Assembly (NCBI GenBank): GCA_965237525.1
Contig: CBDEFO010000004.1
Span: 205,951 to 269,950, forward strand
Direction of reading: 5' to 3'
DNA length: 64,000 nucleotides
DNA from: Candidatus Latescibacterota bacterium
Lineage (GTDB): Bacteria; Latescibacterota; CBDEFO01
Shown here one piece after another: positions 1 through 8,947 of the stretch. Positions within the stretch are counted from its first letter, which is position 1. Every line of letters starts with the position of its first letter. The position numbers were made by a program, and so were the translations under genes. Under the pieces are notes generated by a model. It was not told where the DNA came from. It saw only the letters and a program-made list of their open reading frames with translations, and searched no databases.

Positions 1-593
1 GAGTCTACGGGATAGACCCTTCTCGGAAGATGTTGACCGTAGCCAGACAATCCCTCACTTCCCCTCTGGTTCGATTTATCCGTGGATCAGCCGAAAGCAT
101 TCCGCTGGATGATAAAGTAGCCGACCTGGTGTTTCTTTCGATGGTCTATCACCATATCCAAGACCGAAGCGAGGCCATACGCGAGTTCAAGAGAATATTG
201 AGGATGGACGGATTCCTGTGTATTCGCACGTCGACCCGAGAAAGTATGGACTCCTACCGCTGGCTTGGGTTCTTCCCCAAGGCGCGCCAGATCGAACTTT
301 CCCGCACCTCATCCAGAAGAGGTATAACGGATTTCTTGCAGGACAATGGATTCGATCTAAAGGGACATACTGTTGTCCATCATCTATTCGCAGAAAACTT
401 TCACCACTACTTTGAGAAGATAAGTCTCAGGGGGTTATCGAGCCTCCAAGCGATCAGGGATGATGAGTTCAAAGAAGGTCTAATTGGACTGAAAAAGTAC
501 TGTCAGGAACAAAAAACAGGAGATGCCGTTTTCGAAGACATCGATCTTTTCGTCTTCCGTTTGCGACTATCGCCGACATCGCAAGTAGCTTGA
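1..593 (+). CDS. Class I SAM-dependent methyltransferase (Methyltransf_11-like), 5'-partial at window edge
   Basis: ORF 30..593 holds only post-motif-I regions of a SAM methyltransferase fold (DLVFLSMVYHHIQD...FKRILRMDGFLCIRT). The N-terminal GxGxG region is absent, so the gene starts upstream of the window. Confidence 0.55.
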   Translation, partial: VYGIDPSRKMLTVARQSLTSPLVRFIRGSAESIPLDDKVADLVFLSMVYHHIQDRSEAIREFKRILRMDGFLCIRTSTRESMDSYRWLGFFPKARQIELSRTSSRRGITDFLQDNGFDLKGHTVVHHLFAENFHHYFEKISLRGLSSLQAIRDDEFKEGLIGLKKYCQEQKTGDAVFEDIDLFVFRLRLSPTSQVA

Positions 594-633
594 ACGATCA
601 CAGAACGTAATGTCCACTGGAGAGTGAGATAAA

Positions 634-1089
634 ATGCAGAGATTGAGTATATCTGAAGAGATAAAGAGGAATTTAGAAGAGGTTTTGGATATTTCCTCAA
701 GAGCACATAAGATCACAGAAGGAATCCAGGATCTGGCCCGAGATCAAGATTTAGAAGTTCTGCATGAAAGAGTCGAGTACAGAGGAAAGTTGTTCTCTCA
801 AGTGGAAGCGATTCAGGGTGTCCTGGAGAGTTTGAAAGGGAAGTTGAAGGACGTCAACGAAAACGAAAAGCAACGCACCAAGAGACTCTGCCAACCCCTG
901 ATCGAGCAGATCCAGAATGTAATGAAGAAACACGGGAAGGTTGAAGAAGAGACAGTTCGATTCCTTCAAGACCAGATAAAAGATACAGAGGAGGGGCTAA
1001 AGGGTATCAGCGATCTCAAGAAGCTGTCGAAGGGCTATTTGGAGATGTGGAGAGATAAGGATCGGATCGTAGATATCCTCGGCGATTAG
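634..1089 (+). CDS. hypothetical coiled-coil protein
   Basis: 151 aa ORF, charged and heptad-rich. RBS-like gagtgagat precedes the ATG. No recognisable domain. Confidence 0.4.
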   Translation: MQRLSISEEIKRNLEEVLDISSRAHKITEGIQDLARDQDLEVLHERVEYRGKLFSQVEAIQGVLESLKGKLKDVNENEKQRTKRLCQPLIEQIQNVMKKHGKVEEETVRFLQDQIKDTEEGLKGISDLKKLSKGYLEMWRDKDRIVDILGD

Positions 1090-1200
1090 GTATCGTCTTC
1101 CCCTCAAAAAGTATCGGTGGGTCGGACCACTTCGTGACTTGTTGCCTCTCCGGCAAAGCGGCCACTCTGCCCAGTCTGACGAAGACCTCTTTCAGGGTCC

Positions 1201-1617
1201 TCAAAGCCGATAGAGCATCCAGTATACAATTACTCCTGTGACCGAGACGTACATCCATAAGGGAAGGCAGATTCGTGCGATCCTCATGTGTCTTTCAAAC
1301 TGCTCTTTCCATGCTCGGTAGAGGGTTATTGAGGCCAGTGGAAGGATAAGGACAGCAAGGGCAATGTGTGAAATGAGAATAGTAAAGTAAACGAGTCGAA
1401 TCGAGCCGCGTCCTAAAAAGGGCACTGATCCGACATGGTAGTGATAAAAAAGATAGGAAGTCAAAAATAGCACAGAGGTCGCAAACGCCGAGAGCATAAA
1501 GACCTTATGTGCCCTTACCATCCTTCGGCGAATGAACACGTAACCTGTGGTAAGCAAGAGGGCGCTGACGCCATTTAATGTAGCGTTGACTGTGGGCAGA
1601 TCAGATATGGAGATCAA
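1201..1617 (-). CDS. DUF420 family membrane protein (cytochrome oxidase/SCO1-associated)
   Basis: 138 aa with 4 predicted TM segments. Typical DUF420 length and position immediately downstream of SCO1, overlapping it by 4 nt. Confidence 0.6.
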   Translation of the reverse strand: MISISDLPTVNATLNGVSALLLTTGYVFIRRRMVRAHKVFMLSAFATSVLFLTSYLFYHYHVGSVPFLGRGSIRLVYFTILISHIALAVLILPLASITLYRAWKEQFERHMRIARICLPLWMYVSVTGVIVYWMLYRL

Positions 1618-2273
1618 ATGGACTCCTCCTTCAGCAGGACTCCCACGTCGGTTAAGATTCGCTGATGCAATTGTGTGTCGGTGCTGTGGTAGTATCCCCG
1701 AATCTGTCCCTGTCGGTCAACGAGTGCGAATCTGAGGCTGTGGACGATGGGCGCATCCATAATATCCGGGGCGTCCGGATTCCTGTCAAAATTGTCGCCG
1801 ACGCCCAGGTGGAATCCTTCCTTGGAGAGGCGGTAGATTGCCCCTTTCTCTCCGGTTAAAAAGAGCCATTGGCCCTGCTTTGCCCGGTAGTGATCGGCGT
1901 ACGCCGATAGAACCTCGGGAGTATCCCGTTCGGGGTCGACGCTAAAGGAGACCAAAAGGACGTCGTCCGCCCTGTCCAGTGAGATCTGCAGTGCGGACAT
2001 CTGAGAGGACATCAGTGGACAGGTACCCTGGCAGTTTGTGAAGATGAAATCAGCAATCCAGATTTTGCCCTGTAAGTCCCTCAGTCCCAGCGGTCTTCCG
2101 CTCCTTTCGATCAGAGAAAACTCCGGAACACGGCCGTAGACAGGCAGTGGCTTAAGACGCCCGCTTTGGCCTTCCACAAAGCTGTTCCAGGTCCATATCG
2201 CCGCGACTGCTACCAGAACCAGTACCAGAATGCCCCACAGGAGCTGATTTCGGATTAGGTTTTCTTTTTTCAT
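1614..2273 (-). CDS. SCO1/SenC family copper chaperone (thioredoxin-like)
   Basis: N-terminal TM anchor. CQGTCP (CxxxC) copper-binding motif and a conserved His-containing segment. Thioredoxin-fold length of 219 aa. Confidence 0.8.
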   Translation of the reverse strand: MKKENLIRNQLLWGILVLVLVAVAAIWTWNSFVEGQSGRLKPLPVYGRVPEFSLIERSGRPLGLRDLQGKIWIADFIFTNCQGTCPLMSSQMSALQISLDRADDVLLVSFSVDPERDTPEVLSAYADHYRAKQGQWLFLTGEKGAIYRLSKEGFHLGVGDNFDRNPDAPDIMDAPIVHSLRFALVDRQGQIRGYYHSTDTQLHQRILTDVGVLLKEESI

Positions 2274-2389
2274 CGCGGAACGGACATGAATACAAAGCCC
2301 ATGATATGTAGAAATTTCACAATGTGATAAAGGTTCTCCATTTTGGTCTCCTCTGATGGGACTGACACCTCAGAATAGCTCTGATACCT

Positions 2390-2968
2390 TCACTCCTGTG
2401 TTACCGCAGCCGGAACACCATCTGGCTCTATCTCAGCGGGAGGATGGATATCGAAGGCATCGGCGATGCGCACAAAGAGGTTGAAGAGCGCCCCATCGTA
2501 GACCGCCTCTGCGATCTGCGCGTCCGTCCATCCCACCTCACGAAGGGCCTGAACTTGTTCGTCGGTAATCCGATACGCATGCCGCGTCAAGGTGCCAACA
2601 AATTCTAGCAGAAGACGTTCCGCAGGGGTTACCGGCGCTTGGTCCAAGTCTCCGTCGCGCAGCGCCTTTGCCGTCTCGATGTATTCTTCTCCCTGCAACT
2701 GCAGGAACCACGTGTGGCTACTGAGTCAATAGTGACAGCGGTTCAGTGCCGACACGTACGAAGCGATCATCTCGTGTTGGGCACAGGTGAGCGCTCCATC
2801 CGAAAAGTGCAGGCGCGCCGCATCCGTTATCGCCGCTAAAAAGTCAGGACGTAGGCTCATCGTGTGTAAGATGTCAGGCACATGCCCGTCCTTTGATCGG
2901 GCTGCGTCGAAGAGTTCTGCAAGCTGCCCGCGAGCGTCAACATCCTCGATCCAAGCAATCCGTGGCAT
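2390..2968 (-). CDS. AhpD-like / carboxymuconolactone decarboxylase family protein with in-frame UGA (candidate selenoprotein, CxxUxxxH)
   Basis: ORFs 2726..2968 and 2390..2698 are the same frame, separated by a single TGA (plus-strand tca at 2726..2728). Read through, the sequence is ...ALNRCHY-U-LSSHTWFLQLQGEEYIE..., reproducing the AhpD catalytic CxxCxxxH motif with the second Cys replaced by UGA. An RNA hairpin UUCCUGC-AGUU-GCAGGGA sits about 20 nt downstream of the UGA. Confidence 0.6.
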
Positions 2969-3857
2969 GGTGAATATCCTCCTTTGGCTTAAAAATTTGC
3001 CTGGTGTTTTTCTTTAAAGACTTGTTGAGGCTCCTCCCAGTGGACGTTCCACCCGTGATGCGACGTTTCACCATAATCAGCGAGGTCACAAAGGTCGTCA
3101 TAGCAAAGAGGATCGTAATCGTCAAAGACAAAAAAAGTGAAGGAAGGGCTCCCGTCGGATGTCCAAGATAGAGGCAATGCCGCAAGGCGGCCATCCCATA
3201 GGTTACGGGATTTAGCCACATCACAACCTGAAGCCAAGAGGGAACTCCAGAGATTGGAAAGACCGCTCCGGAAAGGAGCCACAGTGGAATCAAAAAAAGG
3301 TTCATAATGGCGTGAAATCCGGCTGTGGAATCCATACACCATGCAATCGAAAACCCAAGACCCGTCATCCCGAAGGCGATCAGGAAGATCGTCCCCACAG
3401 TGTAGATGAAGCTTGCCGGGGTGGTGGAAATCCCCACAGTGAAGGATAATGCCAGAAAAAGGATCCCCTGAAAGAGCGCCATCGTGGCGCCTCCTGAGAT
3501 CTTCCCCAAGACGAGACTCGATCTGGAGATGGGGGAGACCAGAACGGACTGCAGAAATCCCTCCCGACGATCTTCCACGATGGAAATGGTGGAAAATATC
3601 GCCGTGAAGAGGAGGATCAAGAGGAGCGTCCCCGGATAAAAGTATTCTATGTAGGTTACATCTTCTGGCAAGGAAGACGAATGGAAGGAAGCGCCGAATC
3701 CTGATCCGATAAATATCCAGAAAAGCACCGGCTGTCCGAAAGCACCGATCATGCGATTTCGATCCCGATAAAACCTGACAAGCTCACGAACCCATAGGGT
3801 CGCGATGGGGAGCAGAAAACTTATCCGTTTGTTTTGGGTCTTATCCTCAGTAATCAT
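2937..3857 (-). CDS. ABC-2 type transporter permease
   Basis: 306 aa, 6 TM, ABC-2 family architecture. Overlaps the ATPase stop by 4 nt. Confidence 0.7.
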   Translation of the reverse strand: MITEDKTQNKRISFLLPIATLWVRELVRFYRDRNRMIGAFGQPVLFWIFIGSGFGASFHSSSLPEDVTYIEYFYPGTLLLILLFTAIFSTISIVEDRREGFLQSVLVSPISRSSLVLGKISGGATMALFQGILFLALSFTVGISTTPASFIYTVGTIFLIAFGMTGLGFSIAWCMDSTAGFHAIMNLFLIPLWLLSGAVFPISGVPSWLQVVMWLNPVTYGMAALRHCLYLGHPTGALPSLFLSLTITILFAMTTFVTSLIMVKRRITGGTSTGRSLNKSLKKNTRQIFKPKEDIHHATDCLDRGC

Positions 3858-4804
3858 GGCAAAGCAGTAACCTCTCCATCCACTTCAAAGCGGTGTCCTG
3901 TCTTTTGGATAAAGACATCCTCAAGGGTGGGTTTTCCAAAGGTTACTGATTGGATCTTCTCTTTGAAAGTGTCAAATAGCTGAGCCACAAATTGGTGCCC
4001 GTCCTGGCATTCGATCCGTATCGCGCTATTCAATATTGTGGACTCTACGCCGAATCTGCGAGAAATGTCCTCTTTAAGATCTTTCGGATCTTGGGTTTTA
4101 AGGACGATGACGTCCCCTCCGATCAATCTTTTGAGCGAATCGGGAGAATCCACTGCCGCGAGCTTGCCCTGATCTATGATCCCGATTCGGTCGCATCGTT
4201 CCGCTTCTTCGACAAAATGCGTCGTCAAAAGGACGGTGACGCTGTGTCGATCCCTCAACTCTTCAAGGTTCTTCCAAAAATTTCGTCGAGCCCCCGGATC
4301 CAATCCAGTAGACGGTTCATCAAATATGAGAAGGCCTGGTTTGTGCAGGAGTCCCTTGGCCAATTCGACTCGCCGCCGAAGCCCTCCAGACAGGTTTTCC
4401 ACAAGCTCCTCAGCACGGTCAGGTAGTCCTACAACCGTGAGGACTTCCTCCGTGCGAGACTTAAGATAGCTCCCGTAAAGGCCGTAAAGATGACCCTGGT
4501 GACGCAGGTTTTCCGTGACGGTTAATTTTCGGTCGAGGCTCGGATTTTGAAAAACGACGCCGATGCGCCTCCTTATCGCGTCGGGATTTTCAAAAATATC
4601 CAAACCGAAGATATGCACCCTCCCTTCGGTCGGACAGATGAGCGTGGAGAGAATCCTGAACAGAGTGGTCTTACCGCCTCCGTTGGGTCCAAGCAGCCCG
4701 AAGATCTCACCTTGCCCCACAGTAAAACTGATCCCACAAAGGGCTGTTCGTTCTCCGTAGTTGTGATAGAGGTCTTCAAGTTCTATGACGGATGGATCGC
4801 CCAT
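3854..4804 (-). CDS. ABC transporter ATP-binding protein
   Basis: Walker A GPNGGGKTTLFRIL, signature LSGGLRRRVELAKGL, Walker B LLIFDEPSTGLD, H-loop. First gene of an operon with the permease, AhpD-like gene, SCO1 and DUF420. Confidence 0.85.
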   Translation of the reverse strand: MGDPSVIELEDLYHNYGERTALCGISFTVGQGEIFGLLGPNGGGKTTLFRILSTLICPTEGRVHIFGLDIFENPDAIRRRIGVVFQNPSLDRKLTVTENLRHQGHLYGLYGSYLKSRTEEVLTVVGLPDRAEELVENLSGGLRRRVELAKGLLHKPGLLIFDEPSTGLDPGARRNFWKNLEELRDRHSVTVLLTTHFVEEAERCDRIGIIDQGKLAAVDSPDSLKRLIGGDVIVLKTQDPKDLKEDISRRFGVESTILNSAIRIECQDGHQFVAQLFDTFKEKIQSVTFGKPTLEDVFIQKTGHRFEVDGEVTALP

Positions 4805-5149
4805 TTTTCCCCAAAAAGTTCTGCGCGCACTTCTCCACCTCGCGGCTTCCTGCCTCCCAGTAAAGTGGCCATGTCACCCACGTTGTGGCTCGCTGACACT
4901 GTGTACCCCCTGCAAAAAGAGGTGGCAGCAACGCTATAGTGCACACACCACCTTTCTGGGGTTCCTCATAGTGCCCACTGCTATTGAAGATCACCTATGA
5001 GTTTTGTTACGCCTCGCATCTCCTCGGGGTTGAGGTTTGACCTATCGCAATGACATTGCTGGACTACGGCATTCAGTCATTGCACGCCGAAGCCGAGCGC
5101 GAAAGGAATTTTAAGCGAAGCAACCGCAATTCTCTCCCGGCGATGGGCG

Positions 5150-5443
5150 TTAAAAGAGTGTGCGATGCAGGTGTGTTTCTAAGATTCCAACAATGGCCAA
5201 TAGAACAGTTAGTGGCAGGGGAACGGCAGCGATCAGGATGAGCCTGCGTCTTTCAAACTTCAAGTGCATATAGTAGAGGGCAACTAACAGTGCCTTAGTG
5301 AGAGCAAAAGCCACCAGAAACAAAGCCATGTAGAATTTGGGAATGGGTAGATACCTGGCGCCCAGCACTTCAATCACTGTAAGCACCGTAAGCCACACCC
5401 ACACGGCCATGTAATTGTCCTGCTCTTTGTGAGAATCGTTCAT
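5150..5443 (-). CDS. cytochrome c oxidase subunit IV-like small membrane protein (COX4_pro-like)
   Basis: 97 aa, 2 TM. Conserved TKALLVALYYMHLKFE motif typical of the prokaryotic caa3/aa3 subunit IV family. Confidence 0.5.
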   Translation of the reverse strand: MNDSHKEQDNYMAVWVWLTVLTVIEVLGARYLPIPKFYMALFLVAFALTKALLVALYYMHLKFERRRLILIAAVPLPLTVLLAIVGILETHLHRTLF

Positions 5444-5772
5444 GAGGCTTTCTCCTTATCAAGTTACATGGATGCAACCAGATTACCATCGGATAATTGT
5501 CGCTGAAACACATCAAGTCGATGTTTTCATCGGGGCTTTCTCTGCCCTATGCTGACCTCTCTTTGTTTAAAGTGCATGCACAACCCCCAGGGCTATCCAC
5601 TAGGATATTGCGACGAAACTGACACATAAAAGTCTGATCGTTTGCTGTATATCTCTCTGTAGTCTGTGCCATCGGAAATTCTATGTCACAACCATCCTTC
5701 TCAGCCAGTGCGTCAGAGATCAGGTAGTTTCCAAACTAGACTGGGACACTTCCACTGACACCGAGCCTCCAT

Positions 5773-6680
5773 TCACTCAGTTGGATGTCCAAGGTCCAGC
5801 CAGGATGTCAGAACGCCATCCAGGAACACTTTGCTCTGCTTGGCCGCCGAGACCGGGTCGCTTTCATAGCCGGATCCGAATACATGCGCCGCGTACTCGA
5901 CGGAAATGTACCCATCGTAATCTGTCTCCAGCATGGCATGGACCAGCCCGGCCCAGTCCACCTCGCCTTTTTCCCAGTGGCGGGAATTCAAAGTTCTGCC
6001 GGCTCCCCTTGGCATCCTTGGCGTGCATATGGACAATACGCTCGCGCAAGCGGCCAAATGCCTCGACGGCGTCGTCGCCGGCGGCCTTGTAATGGGACGG
6101 ATCGAAGTTGACGTACAAGTCCTGACGCTCAATCAGCTCAATCAACCTGCAGATCGTCGAAAGGTTCCAGACTAAAAAACCTGGAAAGACGGCGGCCTCC
6201 ATGGCGACCTTCACGCCTGGCTGGCGTATAATCGAGGCACTCGCACAGTTCCTCCACCAGCCATAGCCAGCAATGGCTCTCAGAGACCCCGTCAGGAACA
6301 ATCCCGGAAAATACATGGACGACGTCTGTCCCCAGGTCCACTGCCAGGTCGACGGCGCCCTTGACAAAATTGCAGTTCACTTCGCGCCTGTACTCGTCAG
6401 GCTCAATGAGACTGACATGGGCACTCAAGGAGGATAGAGAAAGCCCTGCTGATCGCAGGGTCTGCCTAATTTCTTCGCGCTTGCTCTGTGCAAGGTCTGG
6501 CAAGATGTGTGGCTGGAAATGTGCTGCCGTCTCCATGTTCAACTCAATAGCCTGGTAACCGATCTCTCTCAGGATCTCCGTGGTCTGCTCTATGCCGTAA
6601 TCGGTGAAACCGCTTGAATGAAAGCTTATCCCTCCCCCACGCCGCATTCCTGCATCACTCCCTTCATGTAGCAGAAGCAC
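5773..6680 (-). pseudogene. sugar phosphate isomerase/epimerase (xylose isomerase-like TIM barrel), 2 frameshifts
   Basis: Three overlapping minus ORFs (6138..6680, 5864..6367, 5773..6132) together span a TIM-barrel of AP-endonuclease-2 / xylose-isomerase-like type. GC-rich. Shifts lie at short homopolymers. Confidence 0.45.
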
Positions 6681-7484
6681 TCGTCCTGCCAGACGTCCGG
6701 ATCGATAGGATGTCCTGCATACAGTTGAGCGGTGAGGAAACCGGTGTAGCCGACCTCCTTGAGGGTCTTGACAAACATCTTCCAGTTCATCGTTCCATGC
6801 CCAGGAATGTTGTGTGCCAGCCCTATGCCCTGGCCTTCGTTGTCGCTGAAGTGGACATAGTACAAATACGGCGCGACCTTTCGGACGGCGTCGGTGATGT
6901 TGACATCGGTGATGTTCTGGTCTGCGGTATCAATCATCAGCCTGCAGCCCGCCATGTGGATCTCACGCATCATTCTGATGGTATCGTCCAGGGTAACAAC
7001 GACCCGAGATTCCGAGGGCGTGAGCGTGTGCAGACACAGGGTCACTCAGGGAGGCGTGTTCTGCGACCTCTTTCATCCCCTCCCGGGGGTTCCAGGCCCA
7101 GGCCTGCTCGAAGTCGGTGTCGCTTATCATGTGACCGCTGATGACATTGATGCGAGGACAGCCGACTTGTGCCGCCACGTCCACACACTTCTTGTAGTAA
7201 TCGACGGTGTCGCGCCGGACCCACTCCTTAGAATACGAGAAGTTGTACTCCCGCGCCAGAGCCCCACCGACCACCGACAGCGCGGTGATCTCCAACCCCT
7301 GGTCTTCCACCAGCTTGCCAATTTCCTCGCGATCCCCGCGGTCACACACGACATCCAGGTGCGGACCATATGCCCAGATATCCACCCCCTGAAAGCCGGT
7401 CTTGGCAATCCGGCGTATAGCTTCCTCCAGCGTCGTGTAGTCCAGGTAGATCATCGTACAGGAAGATAGTTTCATTGCGATCAT
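6626..7484 (-). pseudogene. sugar phosphate isomerase/epimerase (xylose isomerase-like TIM barrel), 1 frameshift
   Basis: ORFs 6963..7484 (N-terminal part) and 6626..7045 (C-terminal part, LCLHTL...SDNEG motifs) overlap in different frames. Tandem paralog of the preceding gene. Confidence 0.45.
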
Positions 7485-7622
7485 CCCCTTAACATGCGAT
7501 CAGAATACCTCTACTGACAAGCAAAACCAGCTAACTCGACATCTTCGCCGTCCCAAGAGGAGCTGCCGCTTCATTGCCCCTCTCGAGCACTTACTTCGAG
7601 CTTACGCAGTCTCTCTTCAGAG

Positions 7623-8078
7623 TTATTTCAGTTCTACAAGAATAGCGCATCCTTCGCTGGAGCCAAGATTCTCTGTGGCGTGCTCCACCGCGTCTGCGAA
7701 AATTGCCTCGCCCGCTTTCAACTCAACTTCTGCGGTTCCCCCATCAGGTAAGGTGAAGTTGTACTTGCCATCGCTTATGCCAATGGCAACGAGAGCTGGG
7801 TGCGAATGCATATCTGTCTTTTGACCGGGCTTCATCCGACTTTCTAGCACCCGCACCCGATCGTCTCCAGTATAACCTTGTAGACATGCGGTGCCGCAGC
7901 CGTTGCATCTCTTGCCATTTTGCTCTTCCTTTATTCCTTTATAATGAACAGAGACCATCTCGGATAACGTTTGCCACCATACGAAGTTATGCATAACGAA
8001 GTAGAGCAGAATCCGAGAAAGCAAAGTGCAATAAGCCTTTCGTATAGTGCTGTTAGGTGCGCCGAGCGGAGGGGTCAC
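7623..8078 (-). CDS. cupin domain protein
   Basis: C-terminal 100 aa has a cupin beta-barrel signature (HSHPALVAIGISDGKYNF...GEAIFADAVEHATEN). The true start is probably an internal Met near 7955. Confidence 0.5.
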   Translation of the reverse strand: MTPPLGAPNSTIRKAYCTLLSRILLYFVMHNFVWWQTLSEMVSVHYKGIKEEQNGKRCNGCGTACLQGYTGDDRVRVLESRMKPGQKTDMHSHPALVAIGISDGKYNFTLPDGGTAEVELKAGEAIFADAVEHATENLGSSEGCAILVELK

Positions 8079-8080
8079 AT

Positions 8081-8359
8081 TCAGCTTTTTTTCAATCTAT
8101 AGAGTTGTGGTTTTGTCTTTGGTATTCTTTCTATAGTATTTCTTGCTTCGAGATCAAGTTTAATAACCTCTACATACCAAGATATCGAACCTTCGAATCC
8201 ATCCTTTAGGTTCTTTTCAACAGCTTTTGATAATGAAGCAAAAGTTAATTCTTTCGATTTTAAGGTTTCGACTATTGATTCTCGGATAACTTTATACTTC
8301 GCTTTGCTGATATTCACTCCCTTCTTTCCTTCAGGATGTTGAGTTAAAATTCTTTCCAT
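8081..8359 (-). CDS. hypothetical protein (92 aa)
   Basis: Clean ORF with ATG start, preceded by structured leader element E1. Confidence 0.4.
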   Translation of the reverse strand: MERILTQHPEGKKGVNISKAKYKVIRESIVETLKSKELTFASLSKAVEKNLKDGFEGSISWYVEVIKLDLEARNTIERIPKTKPQLYRLKKS

Positions 8360-8386
8360 TTAGCCTAAATGTCACCTAACGTTCCA

Positions 8387-8461
8387 CGGGTTAATGAACC
8401 CCTAAGGGGTTGGCGAAGCCCAAGCGGCGAACGCCGCGCAGCATTAACCCGCTGCTAACGG
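8387..8461 (-). ncRNA. structured RNA element E1 (four-stem leader, homologous to E2 at 18490..18563)
   Basis: On the minus strand, closing stem GGGUUAAUG/CAUUAACCC encloses three hairpins (GCGGC-GUUC-GCCGC, UUGG-GCUUCG-CCAA, AACCCC-UUA-GGGGUU). Located in the 5' leader of ORF 8081..8359. Confidence 0.4.
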
Positions 8462-8474
8462 AAGTGGTAATATT

Positions 8475-8717
8475 TCAATCTCTAAGTTCAGAAACGTCAT
8501 CCTGGTACCACACAGAGATAATTGTTTTGGATGGCTCTAAGCTGCCCCCACAGGACGTCTGCTGGATATCCTTGATTTGAATTTTTGGATTTTCTCTAAG
8601 CCAATTGTTGATTTCCTTCTCGAGAGCAGACGAGCTTCTTGACAAGGACCTGAAGTATCCCCTTTCTTTGGCAAACAATTTCACTAGCATGAAGACTCCT
8701 CTTCTGTGTAAGATCAA
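8475..8717 (-). CDS. hypothetical protein (80 aa)
   Basis: ORF only. No domain recognised. Confidence 0.3.
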   Translation of the reverse strand: MILHRRGVFMLVKLFAKERGYFRSLSRSSSALEKEINNWLRENPKIQIKDIQQTSCGGSLEPSKTIISVWYQDDVSELRD

Positions 8718-8947
8718 TGAGGTAATTTAGCTTACGCAAGTGAAGTCAACTGGGACACAGGGACGTGCTGTCTTCATATCCATTTCCGTTAACTCAAAAT
8801 CACCGAAACACTTCGTTTATGCTCCTAAATTGGAATATTTTTCGACGTACTTGGTTTATGCACTACTCTACGTGAGAACACAAAATGTAATTTTTGCTAT
8901 TTTCATCTTCTTCAAGGTCAAAGCTAAAAGCTCTATTCCCCGGGACG

